Positions 35,224 through 47,776 of a stretch of DNA of 64,000 bases are shown one piece after another. The stretch comes from Blepharisma stoltei ATCC 30299. Its lineage: Eukaryota > Protista > Ciliophora. The stretch lies in contig CBFDEM010000018.1 of assembly GCA_965603825.1 (NCBI GenBank), forward strand, positions 186,001 through 250,000, in the 5' to 3' direction. Each line of letters starts with the position of its first letter. Position 1 is the stretch's first letter. The notes beneath the pieces were generated by a model. It made no database searches and had not been told where the DNA came from. It worked only from the letters and a program-made list of their open reading frames with translations. Position numbers and translations under genes: made by a program.

Positions 35224-37926
35224 ATGAGCTACACAGAGATATGTGACAAGTTCGAAACAGTTTCTTTGCATTTACAAAAAGGATCTGACACTCTTTCATC
35301 CCTTGGTAATTATTTCAAAGCATACAAAAAGAGCTTCGAAACATTTAATTCACATCTCAGCAAGCTCGTTGACACTTTTCAAATCGATTTACCTAAAGAA
35401 GGAAACATGGATACACTATCAATGGCTCTAGTCTCCTTAAACTCTCATACCAAAAAATTCATCCAAAGCAATACAAATTTTCTTAAAAATCTTCAGCTTG
35501 ATTTAATAGAACCATTAGAATTATTTTCCCAAAATTTCAACTCTACAAACCAGTCACAAGTCATGAAAGCAGCATTTCCTTATAAAGAACTTGCAAGATT
35601 CAAAGAACAGCTACTAAAAGTAAGAGAAAAATATTTCACAAGCTCAGAAACAGCAGAAAAAGCAGCCCAAAGATTCGAAAATCTTTCAAAGATTGATTCT
35701 GATAAAGACAAAAGAGAAAAGGCCCAAAGAGATGCAATTTACTATAGAACCCAATCAGTCAATGCTTGTGAAACCTACATGCAAATTGTTCAAGAAGTAA
35801 ACAATAAATGAGACGAATACGACCACATCATCCCTGGCATTATGGAATCTCTCCAACAAAGTGAAGAAAGCAGGATCCATTTTATTAAATCCACCCTTGA
35901 AAAGTATGCGAAACATTTCCAAAGATACCATCACCTATGTGGAGAAAACCTTGAAGAAATGGCAACAATTATTGGAAACGTTAATAGCAGCATTGATATT
36001 TTGGTATTTGTTGACAGCAATAAATCTAAAATCGGAGGACTAATTAGAGAAAAATTCATAAGTTATGAGGAGTGAAAAGGTAGCAAAACTACTGCAGAAA
36101 TTAAAGAAGAAGAGTATGAAGTTTTGGAAAATCATGAAATCAACCTGGACTTAGAACAAATTAATAAAGTGTTGGATTATTTGATACCAACCTTTAATAA
36201 CAATAAAGGACTTAAGCCAACTGATGACTTGTTAAGCTTTGATGAAGATGTAGAGAAAAAATATTTAGAGCCTATGCATTATGCTAGACTATCTTCAATA
36301 CTTGCAAGAAGTGAAGGGAGAAGTTTGTTCTGTGAAATTTTGGAATCAAAAAGAAAACAAAGCTTCTTAAAGCCAGAAAATTTAATAAAATTGTCTCAGT
36401 TTTTGAAAGAAGCTTTAACAGTTATGATACATGATAATGATCATAATCCTGTTGAATTTATTCAAATTTTATTGCTGTCTCATGTTTTTCATACAGAAGA
36501 TGAAGAAAAAAAGAGAATTTACCTTGCTAATTATATACAGCATCATATTTTTTCGGATAAAGGAAGATGGATTCATGCTATAGAGCATACAATTGCTGCT
36601 AAATTAGAAGCTGATAAAGAATTTATTGAGAAAAATAGCAAGCAAAATAAGGAATCAGGAATCTTCGGAGCTTTAAAACAATATGCAGGAAAAAATCCTT
36701 TCCAAAAAGACCCTGAAATGGAAAGAGCTGAGAAATCAGTAGCTTTTACTGTTATAAGCCAATTCAATTATCATATGATTTGTATAGGCGTTCCTATTGA
36801 CATTGCAAATAGTATTGTAATATCTTTGTCAAAAAAATACGGTCTTGACCCTGAAAAAACTACTTTTTTGCTTTCAGAAATTCAAGTTAATCAAAAATCT
36901 GCAATGAAATCAATGTATTCTAGTAGAGATTCAGTTAAAATTAGACAAAGAGACACTAATAAATGGGGAGATTTATTATCAATTGCATTATCATTAAAGT
37001 TTTTAGAGCCCTGTGACTATTTTTCGGTTTTATTGGTTAGCAAAGTATGGCTGAATAAATTTAAAAAATTTATTTTGAAGAAATGGCTACTTGATTGGGA
37101 TGTAGAGCCTGAGAAAAAATCAATAATTAGAACAAAAATTTGGATGCATATATTGCAAGCTGACTCTTGTCCTATTGAATATTCTGCATTTTGCTCAAAA
37201 GTTAACGAAAACCCTGAAATCCTTGGTGAGCATTCAGAAATTATTGATATGGATGTATTTCGCTCTTATCAAAGCAGCAATCAAATTACACAAGACATAT
37301 TAAGAAATCTTTTAAGAACTTATGCCTTTTATAACCCTGATGTAGGATATTGCCAAGGAATGAATTATATAGCAGGAACTCTCTATATCCAGCTACAAAA
37401 TGAAGAATTTGCATTTAAATGCATGGTCGGTTTAATAGAAAAATATGATATGAGTGCTTTATACGAGCACAATCTGCCAAAACTAAAACTATTTTTCTAT
37501 CAGCTTGATCGACTTATAGGCCTGCTTCTTCCTGAAGTCTGACAAATGTTCAAAGAAACTGGAATTACCTCTGCCCATTTCAGCTCGCCCTGGTTTTTAA
37601 CTATTTTTGCCACAATTTTACAAAATAAGCCTGCAATTTTATACCCAATATGAGACTTATTCATTTTAGAAGGATGGAAAGCTATATTTAAAATAGCTAT
37701 AACGATCTTAAATATCGTTTCTAATTCTTTTGATGAAGAAAGCTTTGATACAATCATGACTGACATAAGCAGCGCTCATCTTCCTAGGACTGAGATACAA
37801 GTTTTTGACGAGCATTTTATAGAAAGAGTTAAAAAAGTTAAAATTTCTTCAGAGTTGTTAGAAGATTTAGAAGGGGAGTATGAAAAGCTGAAAGAAAGTG
37901 CAAGATTTAAAAATAAGAAAAAATAA
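35224..37926 (+). CDS. F-BAR domain + Rab-GAP TBC domain protein (~900 aa)
   Basis: Single frame with TGA at 35809, 36073, 37540, 37651; F-BAR-like N-terminus (LQQSEESRIHFIK); TBC fingers IDMDVFRS and GYCQGMNY; PI[TGA]DLFILEG matches the conserved IWD.F..EG. Confidence 0.88.
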
Positions 37927-37966
37927 AAAATTATGATAAAAGGATTTGGTTAAAAATAAATAAAAA

Positions 37967-39466
37967 TTATTTAAATGGAGGTTTTTGGAGAACTTTCCCG
38001 GATTTTCTTAGAGGCTTGCTGGAGTCTTTTAATGGGGTGATAATAGGAGATTTACTTCTATATTGGCTAAGGATAGGAACATTTTGCAAATTTCCTCTTG
38101 ATGATTTTGATCTTTGCATTGGAACTTTGACGTTATCGCAATAAGATTTATTCATATTTTCAAATGATTTATCGCTTATTGTGGAGCTTTCCATCAGGAT
38201 GCTATTAGAATTCATTCTTTTGTGGACAGTTTGGGCAGGACTATTTAGTCCGTTATATATAAGGTTCTGATAAGGCAAATTATACTCTAAAGCATTATTT
38301 TTAATCAAATCTTCTATAGTTGAAATGCTTTCTCCTTCTCGGCAATAAATTCTGTTATTTTGAATTGATAAATAAATTCTTTTGCCTTTAAACGTATAAG
38401 ATAATTCTTGCTGCTTTGAGAAGTAAGACTCAATCCTATGTGCTCTTAAAAACGAAGTAACATTTTCATCAAGAACATCTAAAACGCTTTTTGGCTTAGA
38501 AATTTCACCAAAGCTGTCATTCGGGTTCATATTCTGAAGATTTGCCTGCAATTCACTTTTTTGGGTTTCAGACTTAGCTAATTTTTGTTTTAAAATTTCT
38601 ATTTCTTTTAATAACGACTCGATTTTTTTGGATGAAGTTTTAGATGCTTGCTGGCTATTTCATTGCTTTTTTTCATTTTCCAAATTTAAATTGGTTAGTT
38701 TTAATGAGGTAATTTGAGAGTTCATCTGTGCAATCTCTTTGTCTTTTGTTTCTAAAAGCTGCATTAAAGACACTTCTTTGATTTTACTTTTCTGAAGCTC
38801 ATTTTCTGAGTCCTCATTTTTATTTAAAGTGTAGATGTTTTCTTTGTCGCTTTTTGATAAATCTGATCCTTTGTAAATCTCTTTTATGGGGGTTGTTTTG
38901 AAAACATTTGAGTCTTTTTCAATTGAATTTTCATAGATTTTTCTTTCCTTTAAAATCTTATCATTTGAAAGAGTATTCGTGGATATATCTAAATTACAGT
39001 CATTTTTTTTGCTTAAATAAAGGATCTCTTCGAGCTCATTTTCACCTTCTGAACTTTCAGTTAATTCAATGACTGGGCTAAGCGAGCTTATATGGCAAAT
39101 TGAGGCGTCTTCTTTTTTATTAGAGTTCATAAATAGCAAAATCTTTGGTGAATCAACTTCATCTGGCAGCTCATAAATAGTATCTTTAGCTGTTTTAAAA
39201 AGAGGCAACCATTGCAGCCCTTCTTTAGGAAGAAGCTCAAGCTTAAGGCTCACACTTCCAAGGATTTCATTTGGAAAACTTAACGATTTGACTATTAGTC
39301 TTAAAATTCCAACTGGCAACAATTCAAATGAATTTTCTTCATTTTCTACTGTTAAAGGTGATATTACTTTTTGAATTTGGTCATTAATGGAGATGTAGCA
39401 TCCAACTTTTAAATGGTCAAAGCCTTCAGCTCGAACAATGCTCAAATCGATTGTATCTGTTATCAT
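37967..39466 (-). CDS. Hypothetical protein (~499 aa): C2-like N-terminus, coiled-coil, GAS2-like segment
   Basis: Two ORFs joined in frame by TGA at 38660; LGSVS...QWLPL C2-like pattern; YTFKGKRIYLSIQNNRIYCREG resembles GAS2/GAR. Confidence 0.65.
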
Positions 39467-40019
39467 ATTTAATTTTTAACGACTTTGAAAGAAATTTCAA
39501 GGTTGAATTTTAAAATGTCGGTCGATACTATAAATTGAATTAAGAAAAAGGTCTTATTATGAATAAATAAAGAGTTAATCAGCTATGAAATTGTTGGCAA
39601 TATAAATTTTCAATAATATCATTGATGATCGTATTCCAAAGTATTTTGATGGGGAAATTGTTATATCAACGCTTATAAAGCAAATAATTTATTTAACAAT
39701 ACTTTTATAATGAAAGAGCTAATATGTAAAAATACCTTTAAGGATAAATTAAAAATTTTATTTTAGTTGAAAGATGCATTTGATATTCATATTCTTCTTA
39801 AAAAACCCTAATCTTTAAGGAATTTATGTAGATATTATAATTTAAACTTGTTAAAGCTTATTGTAGTATATAAAATCATTTACAAAGAAATTTACAATTA
39901 ACTATTGTTTAATAATAAATTTCTAACTTGAAAACCTCATTCTGTAAATAACTTACATATTGCACTCGCCATATATATAGCATTAAATATTTGGACAATA
40001 AATATGCCTTATAAAAAAT

Positions 40020-41228
40020 ATGGGCTGTGGTTCAAGCATGAATGACCCAGAGGTCAAGGCTTTATCTGATCAGCTAAAATCTTTCGTTATCGAAAAAGAA
40101 AAGCTTCAGAAAGAAGTCAACGACATCAAAAGCAGCCTATCAAAGAAGTCCACTACCCATGATGAAATCAAAGCATTAGAGCACGAGAACAAGAAGCTAA
40201 AGCATGAAATTAAAGACCTTGAAAAAGACATTAAAGAAGCAGACCAAGACTCCAACACCAAAATTGCAGCCTTAGAAGCCAAAATTAAAGAAGTAGAAGA
40301 GGAATGGGAAAAGAAAAAAGCTGAGAGAAATGACGTAAGCAAAAAGCTTACAGAAGTCAATGGAGAATCAGCCAAACTGAATGATGAAGTAAAAGCGTTG
40401 AATTCTCAAAAGGCAGCTGAAGAGAAGAAAATAGCTGGCTTGAAACAAACTTTGGAAGAAAAATTAAAAATAACCAAAGATTGTGAAAGCTTGACAGAAA
40501 AGATTGCGGGTCTCAAAGAAACAGTTGAGAAAAAGGATTCTTTGATTTCTGGCCTTGAAAAAGAGTTAGCAGAAAACGAAACTGAGGGTACCGTTGAAGG
40601 ATATGAGGCTGAATTAGCTGAAGCTAAAAAAGTTAACTATAAAATAACAGAAGACACTTTAGCTCAAACTAAATTCTTACAAGAATGCAAAGCAGCTAAC
40701 TATGGTAAAGCTCTAGAAAACGCTAAGGACAAGCAAAGTGAGCTACTCAAGCAGCTTGAAATAAAAAAAAGCGAAAGAGCTGCATATGAAAACCAAACTC
40801 GCAGCAAGCAATCCCAAATGGTAACCCTTCAAGAAACATTAGAATCTAGAATTGCTAACTTAAACCCTATCACAGAAGAAGACTTCAACCAGCAAATTGC
40901 AGCTACTGAAAGTGTTAATGCAGAAATCCAGAAAGAAATCCAAACCTTAGAAGCAACCAAAAATGCTAAGAAAGAAGAATTAAAGCATATAATTGCTAAT
41001 GATGACCAAAGCCAAGAAAATGAAGTTGCCAGACAAATTTCTGATAAGGAAGCAGAAGTCCATACCCTTGAAGCTGATTGGAAAAAGAGAATTGCAGATA
41101 TGAAGGAAACGATTCAGAGCTTAAGCAATGAAAGGAGATCACTTAAAGAAGAAATTCACAAACTCCATGAAGAACATCATGAAGTGGAGAAAAAGATTAA
41201 AAAGGCCAAAAAGCATCACCATCATTAA
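40020..41228 (+). CDS. N-acylated (MGC) long coiled-coil protein
   Basis: 402-aa K/E-rich heptad ORF, MGCGSS start. Confidence 0.85.
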   Translation: MGCGSSMNDPEVKALSDQLKSFVIEKEKLQKEVNDIKSSLSKKSTTHDEIKALEHENKKLKHEIKDLEKDIKEADQDSNTKIAALEAKIKEVEEEWEKKKAERNDVSKKLTEVNGESAKLNDEVKALNSQKAAEEKKIAGLKQTLEEKLKITKDCESLTEKIAGLKETVEKKDSLISGLEKELAENETEGTVEGYEAELAEAKKVNYKITEDTLAQTKFLQECKAANYGKALENAKDKQSELLKQLEIKKSERAAYENQTRSKQSQMVTLQETLESRIANLNPITEEDFNQQIAATESVNAEIQKEIQTLEATKNAKKEELKHIIANDDQSQENEVARQISDKEAEVHTLEADWKKRIADMKETIQSLSNERRSLKEEIHKLHEEHHEVEKKIKKAKKHHHH

Positions 41229-41270
41229 TTTAAGAATAAGAAATCATTATTAAAAAATGATGATTACTAC

Positions 41271-42356
41271 TTAACGGTTTGAAGGCTTATAGCCATTTCT
41301 GCTTCTCCAATGTCTTTGAATCGTTATAGCAGCCTTCTCTTCTTCGATTTGTCTTGTATCCCGTCTTCTCAAATCGTTTTCTTGCCTCCTAACACTGCTT
41401 TCTTGTCTTTTAATACTGCTTTCTTGTCTTTTCACACTGCTTTCTTGTCTTTTCACACTGCTTTCTTGTCTTTTAATACTGCTTTCTTGTCTTTTAATAC
41501 TGCTTGTGTTACTTATGTTAAGTCTATTCATTCTGCTTTCAAGCTCAGATAGTGAAATACTTCCGCTTCGATTGATATCAATTAATGCAAAAATCTGTTT
41601 ACATTCTGCTGGAGATAAATCTACATTTAGCTTGCTTAACCCTTTTTTCATCTCATTCAAATTAATGCACCCATCATGGTTGGCATCTAAAAATTTGAAT
41701 ATCTCTTTTATAGATCTTCCACTTTTAGTCAAAGCACAATAGACATCTCGAAGGAAATCTCTTTCTTTTACTTCAATAACCTGTCTATCATATTTCCATA
41801 CTTTTACTAATTCTCCAATATGCAGCTTATTAATCCCAGCTCTAAATCCAGCAATTCTGAGTAATGCTAGCATTTCATGAGGAGTAATATGAAGTTTTTC
41901 AAAGCCATTAATAAGCTCTGTTTTCGTTAAATATTCGCTGCAATTTTCGTCGACTTCAGCTAGTCAGGCCATTAATGATCTTGGGGCAATTTTAATTTGA
42001 AGCTTTTGCAAAAGTGGAAAATCATTGAAATTCGTTTCATTATTGTTTTCTTTTACAGGCTCGTAAAAGTTATCTAGAGATTTTAAAAAAAGTTTGCCTG
42101 CTTTGAATCTTTCCACTTTGTTTTTGTTGTAATCGTTTCTCTCTTTGGTGATTCTGTCTAATAATGATGGGATAAATTGACGGGTTTGTGTTTGCCAATT
42201 TTCACCTGTAGATTTATTGAGATATTCAGATAAATCAGGACTTAATAGGGATAAACAGAGCTCAGAACTTGTTAAGCTTTGGATTCCGGCATTTGATAGT
42301 TTGGACACGATGGATTGCTTTATGTTATTAGCTTGAGTAATGCTGTAATTTTGCAT
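41271..42356 (-). CDS. EF-hand protein with heptapeptide repeats and a C-terminal IQ motif (~361 aa)
   Basis: TGA at 41964 joins two ORFs; EF-hands DENCSEYLTKTE, DANHDGCINLNE, DINRSGSISLSE; IQ motif AAITIQRHWR. Confidence 0.85.
41379..41504 (-). repeat. Coding 21-nt tandem repeat x6 encoding SS(I/V)(K/R)RQE
   Basis: Directly visible units such as tttaatactgctttcttgtct. Confidence 0.95.
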
Positions 42357-42394
42357 TTTAAGTATTTTTAATAAATTAAAGTTAATTATAAAAT

Positions 42395-42982
42395 TTAATC
42401 TTTTGTTGAAGTTGATTTTTTATGTTTTGGAATATAAAGCCATAGAAGTATGCAGCCAATAAGTACAAAGCTAAAAAAGAAAATTGATTTTCAAGAAAGT
42501 GTTTCAATAAAGCTGTTTATCACCTCTCCAAGCAAGGTAGCATAAAGATTAGATTCAAGCATTTTGTGATTTGCCTTCAGCTTTAAGCACTTTTCTTTTT
42601 CCCTGCAATATTCTTCAGCCATAGGAATCCTTAGTTCTGTGTCACATCTATTTCTTTCATAATCTCGCCTGCATTGGTCTATTTCGGTCTCTAAGAGTAA
42701 TTCATTTTGTCTTCTCAGGCTCATTACATCATCATTTCAGAGTTTTAATAGCGATAAAAAAACGATAATCACAATAAGAGCAGAAAGTATTAAAATAGAG
42801 TTCTTTGAATTAATTGTATTTGAGTAATTCACTTGTGGGATGTTTTCCGATGAAAAAATAAGTTCTGTTTTGCACTGAGAAAGATTTATACTCCTCTTAA
42901 GCTTTTCAGTTATTAATTTTTTCACCAGTTTTTGACTTCTTTGATAATGTAATTGATGACGTCTAGATGCTGATAATCTCAT
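42395..42982 (-). CDS. BRR6: Brr6/Brl1 family nuclear envelope protein (~195 aa)
   Basis: TGA at 42737 and 42491 read through; two TMs flanking the four-Cys motif CRRDYERNRC...RIP..EEYC..KEKC; EVINSFIETLS[W]K. Confidence 0.85.
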
Positions 42983-44237
42983 TTATATCATATTTAATTA
43001 CCATATTAGCCTTTCCAAAAATAGAATTAAGCTAAGAAATCTATAGCTGAAATGAACTGACTGGTAATAATTTAGATAGGCATCATTCTAAATCTTTTGA
43101 GTAATTTAAAAAACCATTATACTAAATGAAAAAATTCATCTATACTTTTCTTTTATTTAAAATTGCTAAAGGATTTCAGAGAAAATTCAAGTATAATCAC
43201 CATTTTAATACGTATTAGTTTCTTCTTTATATATGTTTTCATCGATTTTATCAATATAATTCTAATTACAAATTAATAAAAAATTTATCATTTTTAATTA
43301 AGCTTAGTCTTAATAACTTCTTTGTATATTGGATTTTTAGTAAAAAGTGATTATGAGAAAAATTTTTGCTTGAGTCATTTTATTTAGCAACAGGGCTCTA
43401 CAAGTAGTCATATCTGTTTAATAATGAAACAATGCCTTTTAAATTGATTGCAATTATTCTTATTAAAGGTATCAAAAATCAAATCTTTATAATTTTGTTT
43501 AAAACGATAATTTTATTCAATATTGATATTAACTTTTATCATGATTTCATTTCTCTTTAACAATTAAATTGATAGGCGAGCTTATTGGCCTATTTTTAAA
43601 ATAGACATTAAATGTTATGAAATTATAATTAGAACCCTACAGAGAAAGTTTTCTTTAAAAATCTCAATTTTTACAACAATAGACTTGCTTTATGGTAACG
43701 ATAAAGCTTTTCCATTGAGACTGTTTCAGAAAATTTCGACAAACTTCAAATTATAATTTTTTCAACAATTTTAGATAATCAAAGGGCTTTCTCCAAAGAA
43801 ACTTTCTTCTCCAATTTAAAATTCTAAAATAATTTGAACTATATTTTCAATCATAAATCTTAAAAAGATTTTTATTAAGAATAAAAATCCAAAACTCCAT
43901 ACTTAATTTACGCCTTTGAAACATAACCATGGTTTCCAGAAGTTCCATAATTAAAACTTGCAAGGCAATATTGCTAATTCAGCCTTAAGAGCTATTATAT
44001 GATATTAAATTATCATTTTCTGAGTCAATCATATCTAAATAAGCAGCATGGACTTAATTTTTATCAATGGGGCAATGCGTATTTTCTATAAGTAAATGCA
44101 GTTAAATGATAAAAAAAAATTTTCTCGTTTTCAAAAAGACCCTGATCAGGAAATCTTGCATCTACTTTTAAAATATATTTATGGATATTGTATTTCAATT
44201 GGTTGATTTATGTAATTCTTAATTTGGTTATAAAAAT

Positions 44238-44816
44238 ATGACGAAATTCGAGGCCATGAGCCACATGTTGATCAAGAAAATTTCAAACCAAGAATCAGAA
44301 GTTAAGCATTTGGATATCTTTTCAGTTGAGCGACCTCTGCCCATCCATCTGTTTACATATCTTGAATACCTTCAAGATGAGCTAGAATGCTCAGACGCGG
44401 TTTTTGCGCTAGCTTACTTGTACATTGAAAAGTTACTCCAAAAATACCCTAAATTTGTAATAAACGCGTCCAATTTACTTAGGCTTACGTTTACATCAGT
44501 AGTTTCTGCTTTTAAATTTACTGAAGATAAAATCATTTCATATAACGACATTGCTAAACTTGGCCATTTAGACGTAAAAGAGCTGTCAGTGCTAGAAAGG
44601 GTATTTCTCTCCTCTTTAGAATATGAACTTTGGGACGAAGAAATAAGACAAAATTATGAAGATTTATTAATAAGCTGAAACAATTTCAGCATGTATAGTG
44701 ATATAGAGTATGATGAGGACCTAGAAGATATAGGAAACTTAAGTACGAGTACTACTGTGAGCTTAGATGAACTAACAAATTTCTCTGAGCTGAGCGCCTT
44801 TTTCACAGACATATAA
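44238..44816 (+). CDS. Pho80/PCL (cyclin-P/U)-type cyclin (~192 aa)
   Basis: P.I.L..YL....CS..VF.LA..YI, N..RL..TS...A.KF.ED, EL..LE..FL..LEY.L; TGA at 44676 read through into an acidic tail. Confidence 0.85.
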
Positions 44817-45166
44817 TGGTAAAATAACACCTTTTTTATTCTCAGAACTGATGAAATTTAAAATTTGATGTTCATCAAACTATCCTGCTTCCATATAATT
44901 TTATAAATTAATGTAGTGATTAGGATTGAATTTAAAATTTATAATAGGTATGGATAGAATTATTATTTCATTACAAGCAATTTAACATTTTCCTTTTAAT
45001 TAAATTATAATTGACGAATAATTAGACCATTCTATTACTTTCTTAAAAGTGAAACCGATAGAAAAAAATTTTATTATGATGATAAAATTATTTGTTTTAA
45101 ATTATATTAAGACAAATTAAAACATGCAGGATAATTTTGAATTAAAAGATAAATCTTGTAAAGCGA

Positions 45167-45931
45167 TTAGCTATAAAACGTTGACCTACAAGGACTCAAT
45201 TCAGCCCTAAATGATGCAACAAGTCTTGAACTTGGTCTTGTATACAATAGGGTTGGTGTTGGTGGATAATGAGGATAGTTCCTCAGCATCCATGGAGAAT
45301 ATGAAGGCCTTGGATCAGGAGTTCTAGAAAGCCTATTTTTCATAAGAAAAGGTGTGCTTTTATTAAACAATAAAAGTAAAATTTCATTTAATCGGTCAGA
45401 GTAAGCTTTAACGTCTTTGCTAGATATAGCACTGTTTAGCATTTCAAAAAAAGAATCATAAAATTCTTGAAAAACGATTCCTGAATCCTTTCCAAAATCA
45501 ACAGAAAGGTCAATCTGGAGGTTTTTCGCGTTGTAGCGAGAGTATAAGGCATCTGCAAATATTTGCTGCAGTTTGGAATAAGAATTTTTTGAAAGTAACT
45601 TGCCTTGGCTAGGGTTTATGTATGATCAAATCGATTTGAGACCTTGAAAAATGTTATTATTCATTCGTATAACAGATTTTTCAAGGAGGTCTGACACTTT
45701 GTAGGTTTGTGTGGTAAAAGCTGCTATTTCTACAAACATGCAGCCATAATCATCAATAAGCAGCTTAACTTGCTTCCTTTTTATGAATTTTTTGTCTAGT
45801 AAATACCCTCTACAGCCTTCGCACTCCCATTTCAAATTTTTAGATCTCAAGGGAGAATAATTTTTGCATAAAATTTCGATTTCTTTGAGTAAAGCTTCCT
45901 CAAAGATCTGCTTTTTATTATCTCCTTTCAT
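45167..45931 (-). CDS. Hypothetical protein (~254 aa)
   Basis: Two ORFs in the same frame joined by TGA at 45626 with no other stop between them. Confidence 0.65.
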
Positions 45932-46181
45932 TTTTGGTATAAATACTCCATTTTAGGACTCTTTCTCAATAAAGTTATAGACATTCAACTGTAAATCAAA
46001 TTAAATTATTATAAATGACTCCTAAGAATAGATTAATTAGAAAGGAAAGGCTGATAAATTTAAATAAATTTATCAATATATTAATTATAGTATGATTTTT
46101 TTGTATCAGGTGGGTTTTTTTATTTTTTCAAATCTAATAAAAATTATAATTTAAATCCTTTAATACTAATTTGAGTATGAA

Positions 46182-47108
46182 TTATAGATTCGGCGCAAAG
46201 CATGGTTGAACTTTATCTATATATTTGCTGGTAATTTCAAGTTTGATTCCTAAATTTGATATTGGTTCCAAGCCATTTGAAATGGCTTTAATACTAAATT
46301 GATGACATACAGAAATTTCCAAAAAATCATTCAATTTTTGAGATATATTGAGGCCAAATACTCCGTTACCTCCTACTCTTACTTTAATAATCTTATTTTT
46401 GCCAGCATCATATTGAAGAACAAATTTTATATCGGCTGAGTGGTTATGTAATAATTTTAGAGATGCTGCACATGTAAGCGATTGATTTATTTTATGTGAT
46501 ATATATGCAGCAATCCCTTCTTTTAATAATGAATTTTTTGTTTGGTTTAAATATTTTAAAGCGGCATTACTCTTTTTATCAGACCATCATACAGCGATAC
46601 TTTTGTTTTCAAGCTGCTTTAACCCATAGTTATAGCCAATCCTAAATCCAAGTCCATAAATTCCTATTGGCTTTACTGCCCAAAAATCCATTAGCTTGGT
46701 ACTTAAAACAGTCAGTTGGCTGTTTATTTCTGAACTTTTATATTTAATTGACGCAGAGTAATTCCTTTCATGATTTTCTTTATTGGTTTTAAATGAAATT
46801 TTATATGGATTATAATGATAATCAAGTTTCGTTGATGAATTTAAATTTGTGAAATATTTGTGTTGAATAAATCATGATTTATAAGCTGCATTAAGATCCT
46901 GAATCCCTAAAAAAAATACTTGGCCATCATCATTCTTAGAACATATTACAGAACCTTTTACAGAACCTTGTAGAAAAGCTTTTGTGTCAAAACGCGTTTT
47001 AAAGCCTATATTTTGATCGAATTGGAATATCAAATTATTAGAGAATCCTTGCTTTAAGCATTTTTTTTGGTTTTCCTCGATTTTTGAGTAGCCAGGAATA
47101 TCTCCCAT
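46182..47108 (-). CDS. Divergent eukaryotic porin (VDAC-like) beta-barrel protein (~308 aa)
   Basis: Manual translation is open from ATG 47108 to TAA 46182 with TGA at 46872 and 46587; N-terminal PGYSKI...KCLKQGF resembles the VDAC helix; alternating beta-strand pattern; beta-signal-like NLGIKLEI near the end. Confidence 0.65.
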
Positions 47109-47776
47109 TTTTTGAGTTTGATATTTAAATATTAAACCCTTTAGAAAATAATTTCTATTTTTCATTTAAGTATCAAAAAATTATTTATATAGTCTTTCAG
47201 TACGCATACTTTTCCTGGTAAATTTAATCTAGTTAATGTATGCATATTTCACTATAATATATTAGGTGAATTGATTTTTCAATTGCAAATACCTGCTAAT
47301 ATGTTTGATCCTTATAATAAATTTCACAAGAACTAAAATATGTGCAATAAAATTATAATGCACAGTATAATCTTCTCATTATTTTAAAATTTATATCCAT
47401 GATAAATCTTATATGTATCTGTAAATGCACATTAAACTCCTTGAAAGTCAAATTATAATTATGAATTAGGTTTGGCAGTTCACGTCTATTCACTCTGTTA
47501 CTTTGAGCTATCAATGGCAAGGGCTTATATCTATCATCAAGTGAAATGATAAAACTTAAATATCGAGATTGAGGATTTTGCATTAGTTGATTTAATCTGT
47601 CCAGCACTTCTATAAACTCATCATCAGTGTATTATTTTTTGTGAGCATTGACCAAGAATTCATATCTTATTGTATGGCACAGCACTAATTTTTCGTTTAC
47701 TTCTCTCTACATAATTTTAAAATCTCAATTATATGAGTTCATATTAATTTAATATTATTGAAGTTGACTTAGCGAA

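Noticed and set aside
41379-41504. Repeat array as a CRISPR or telomeric repeat
   Set aside because: It is a spacer-less, in-frame coding minisatellite inside a eukaryotic gene.
42983-44237. Long AT-rich spacer as a possible IES or transposon
   Set aside because: No terminal inverted repeats, ORF or other structure seen; it lies between divergent genes and fits a promoter region.
47353-47607. 84-aa minus-strand ORF with a nearby intron-like 16-mer (47685-47700)
   Set aside because: No ATG start (in-frame TAA at 47632) and I could not build a consistent spliced model; possibly a gene remnant.
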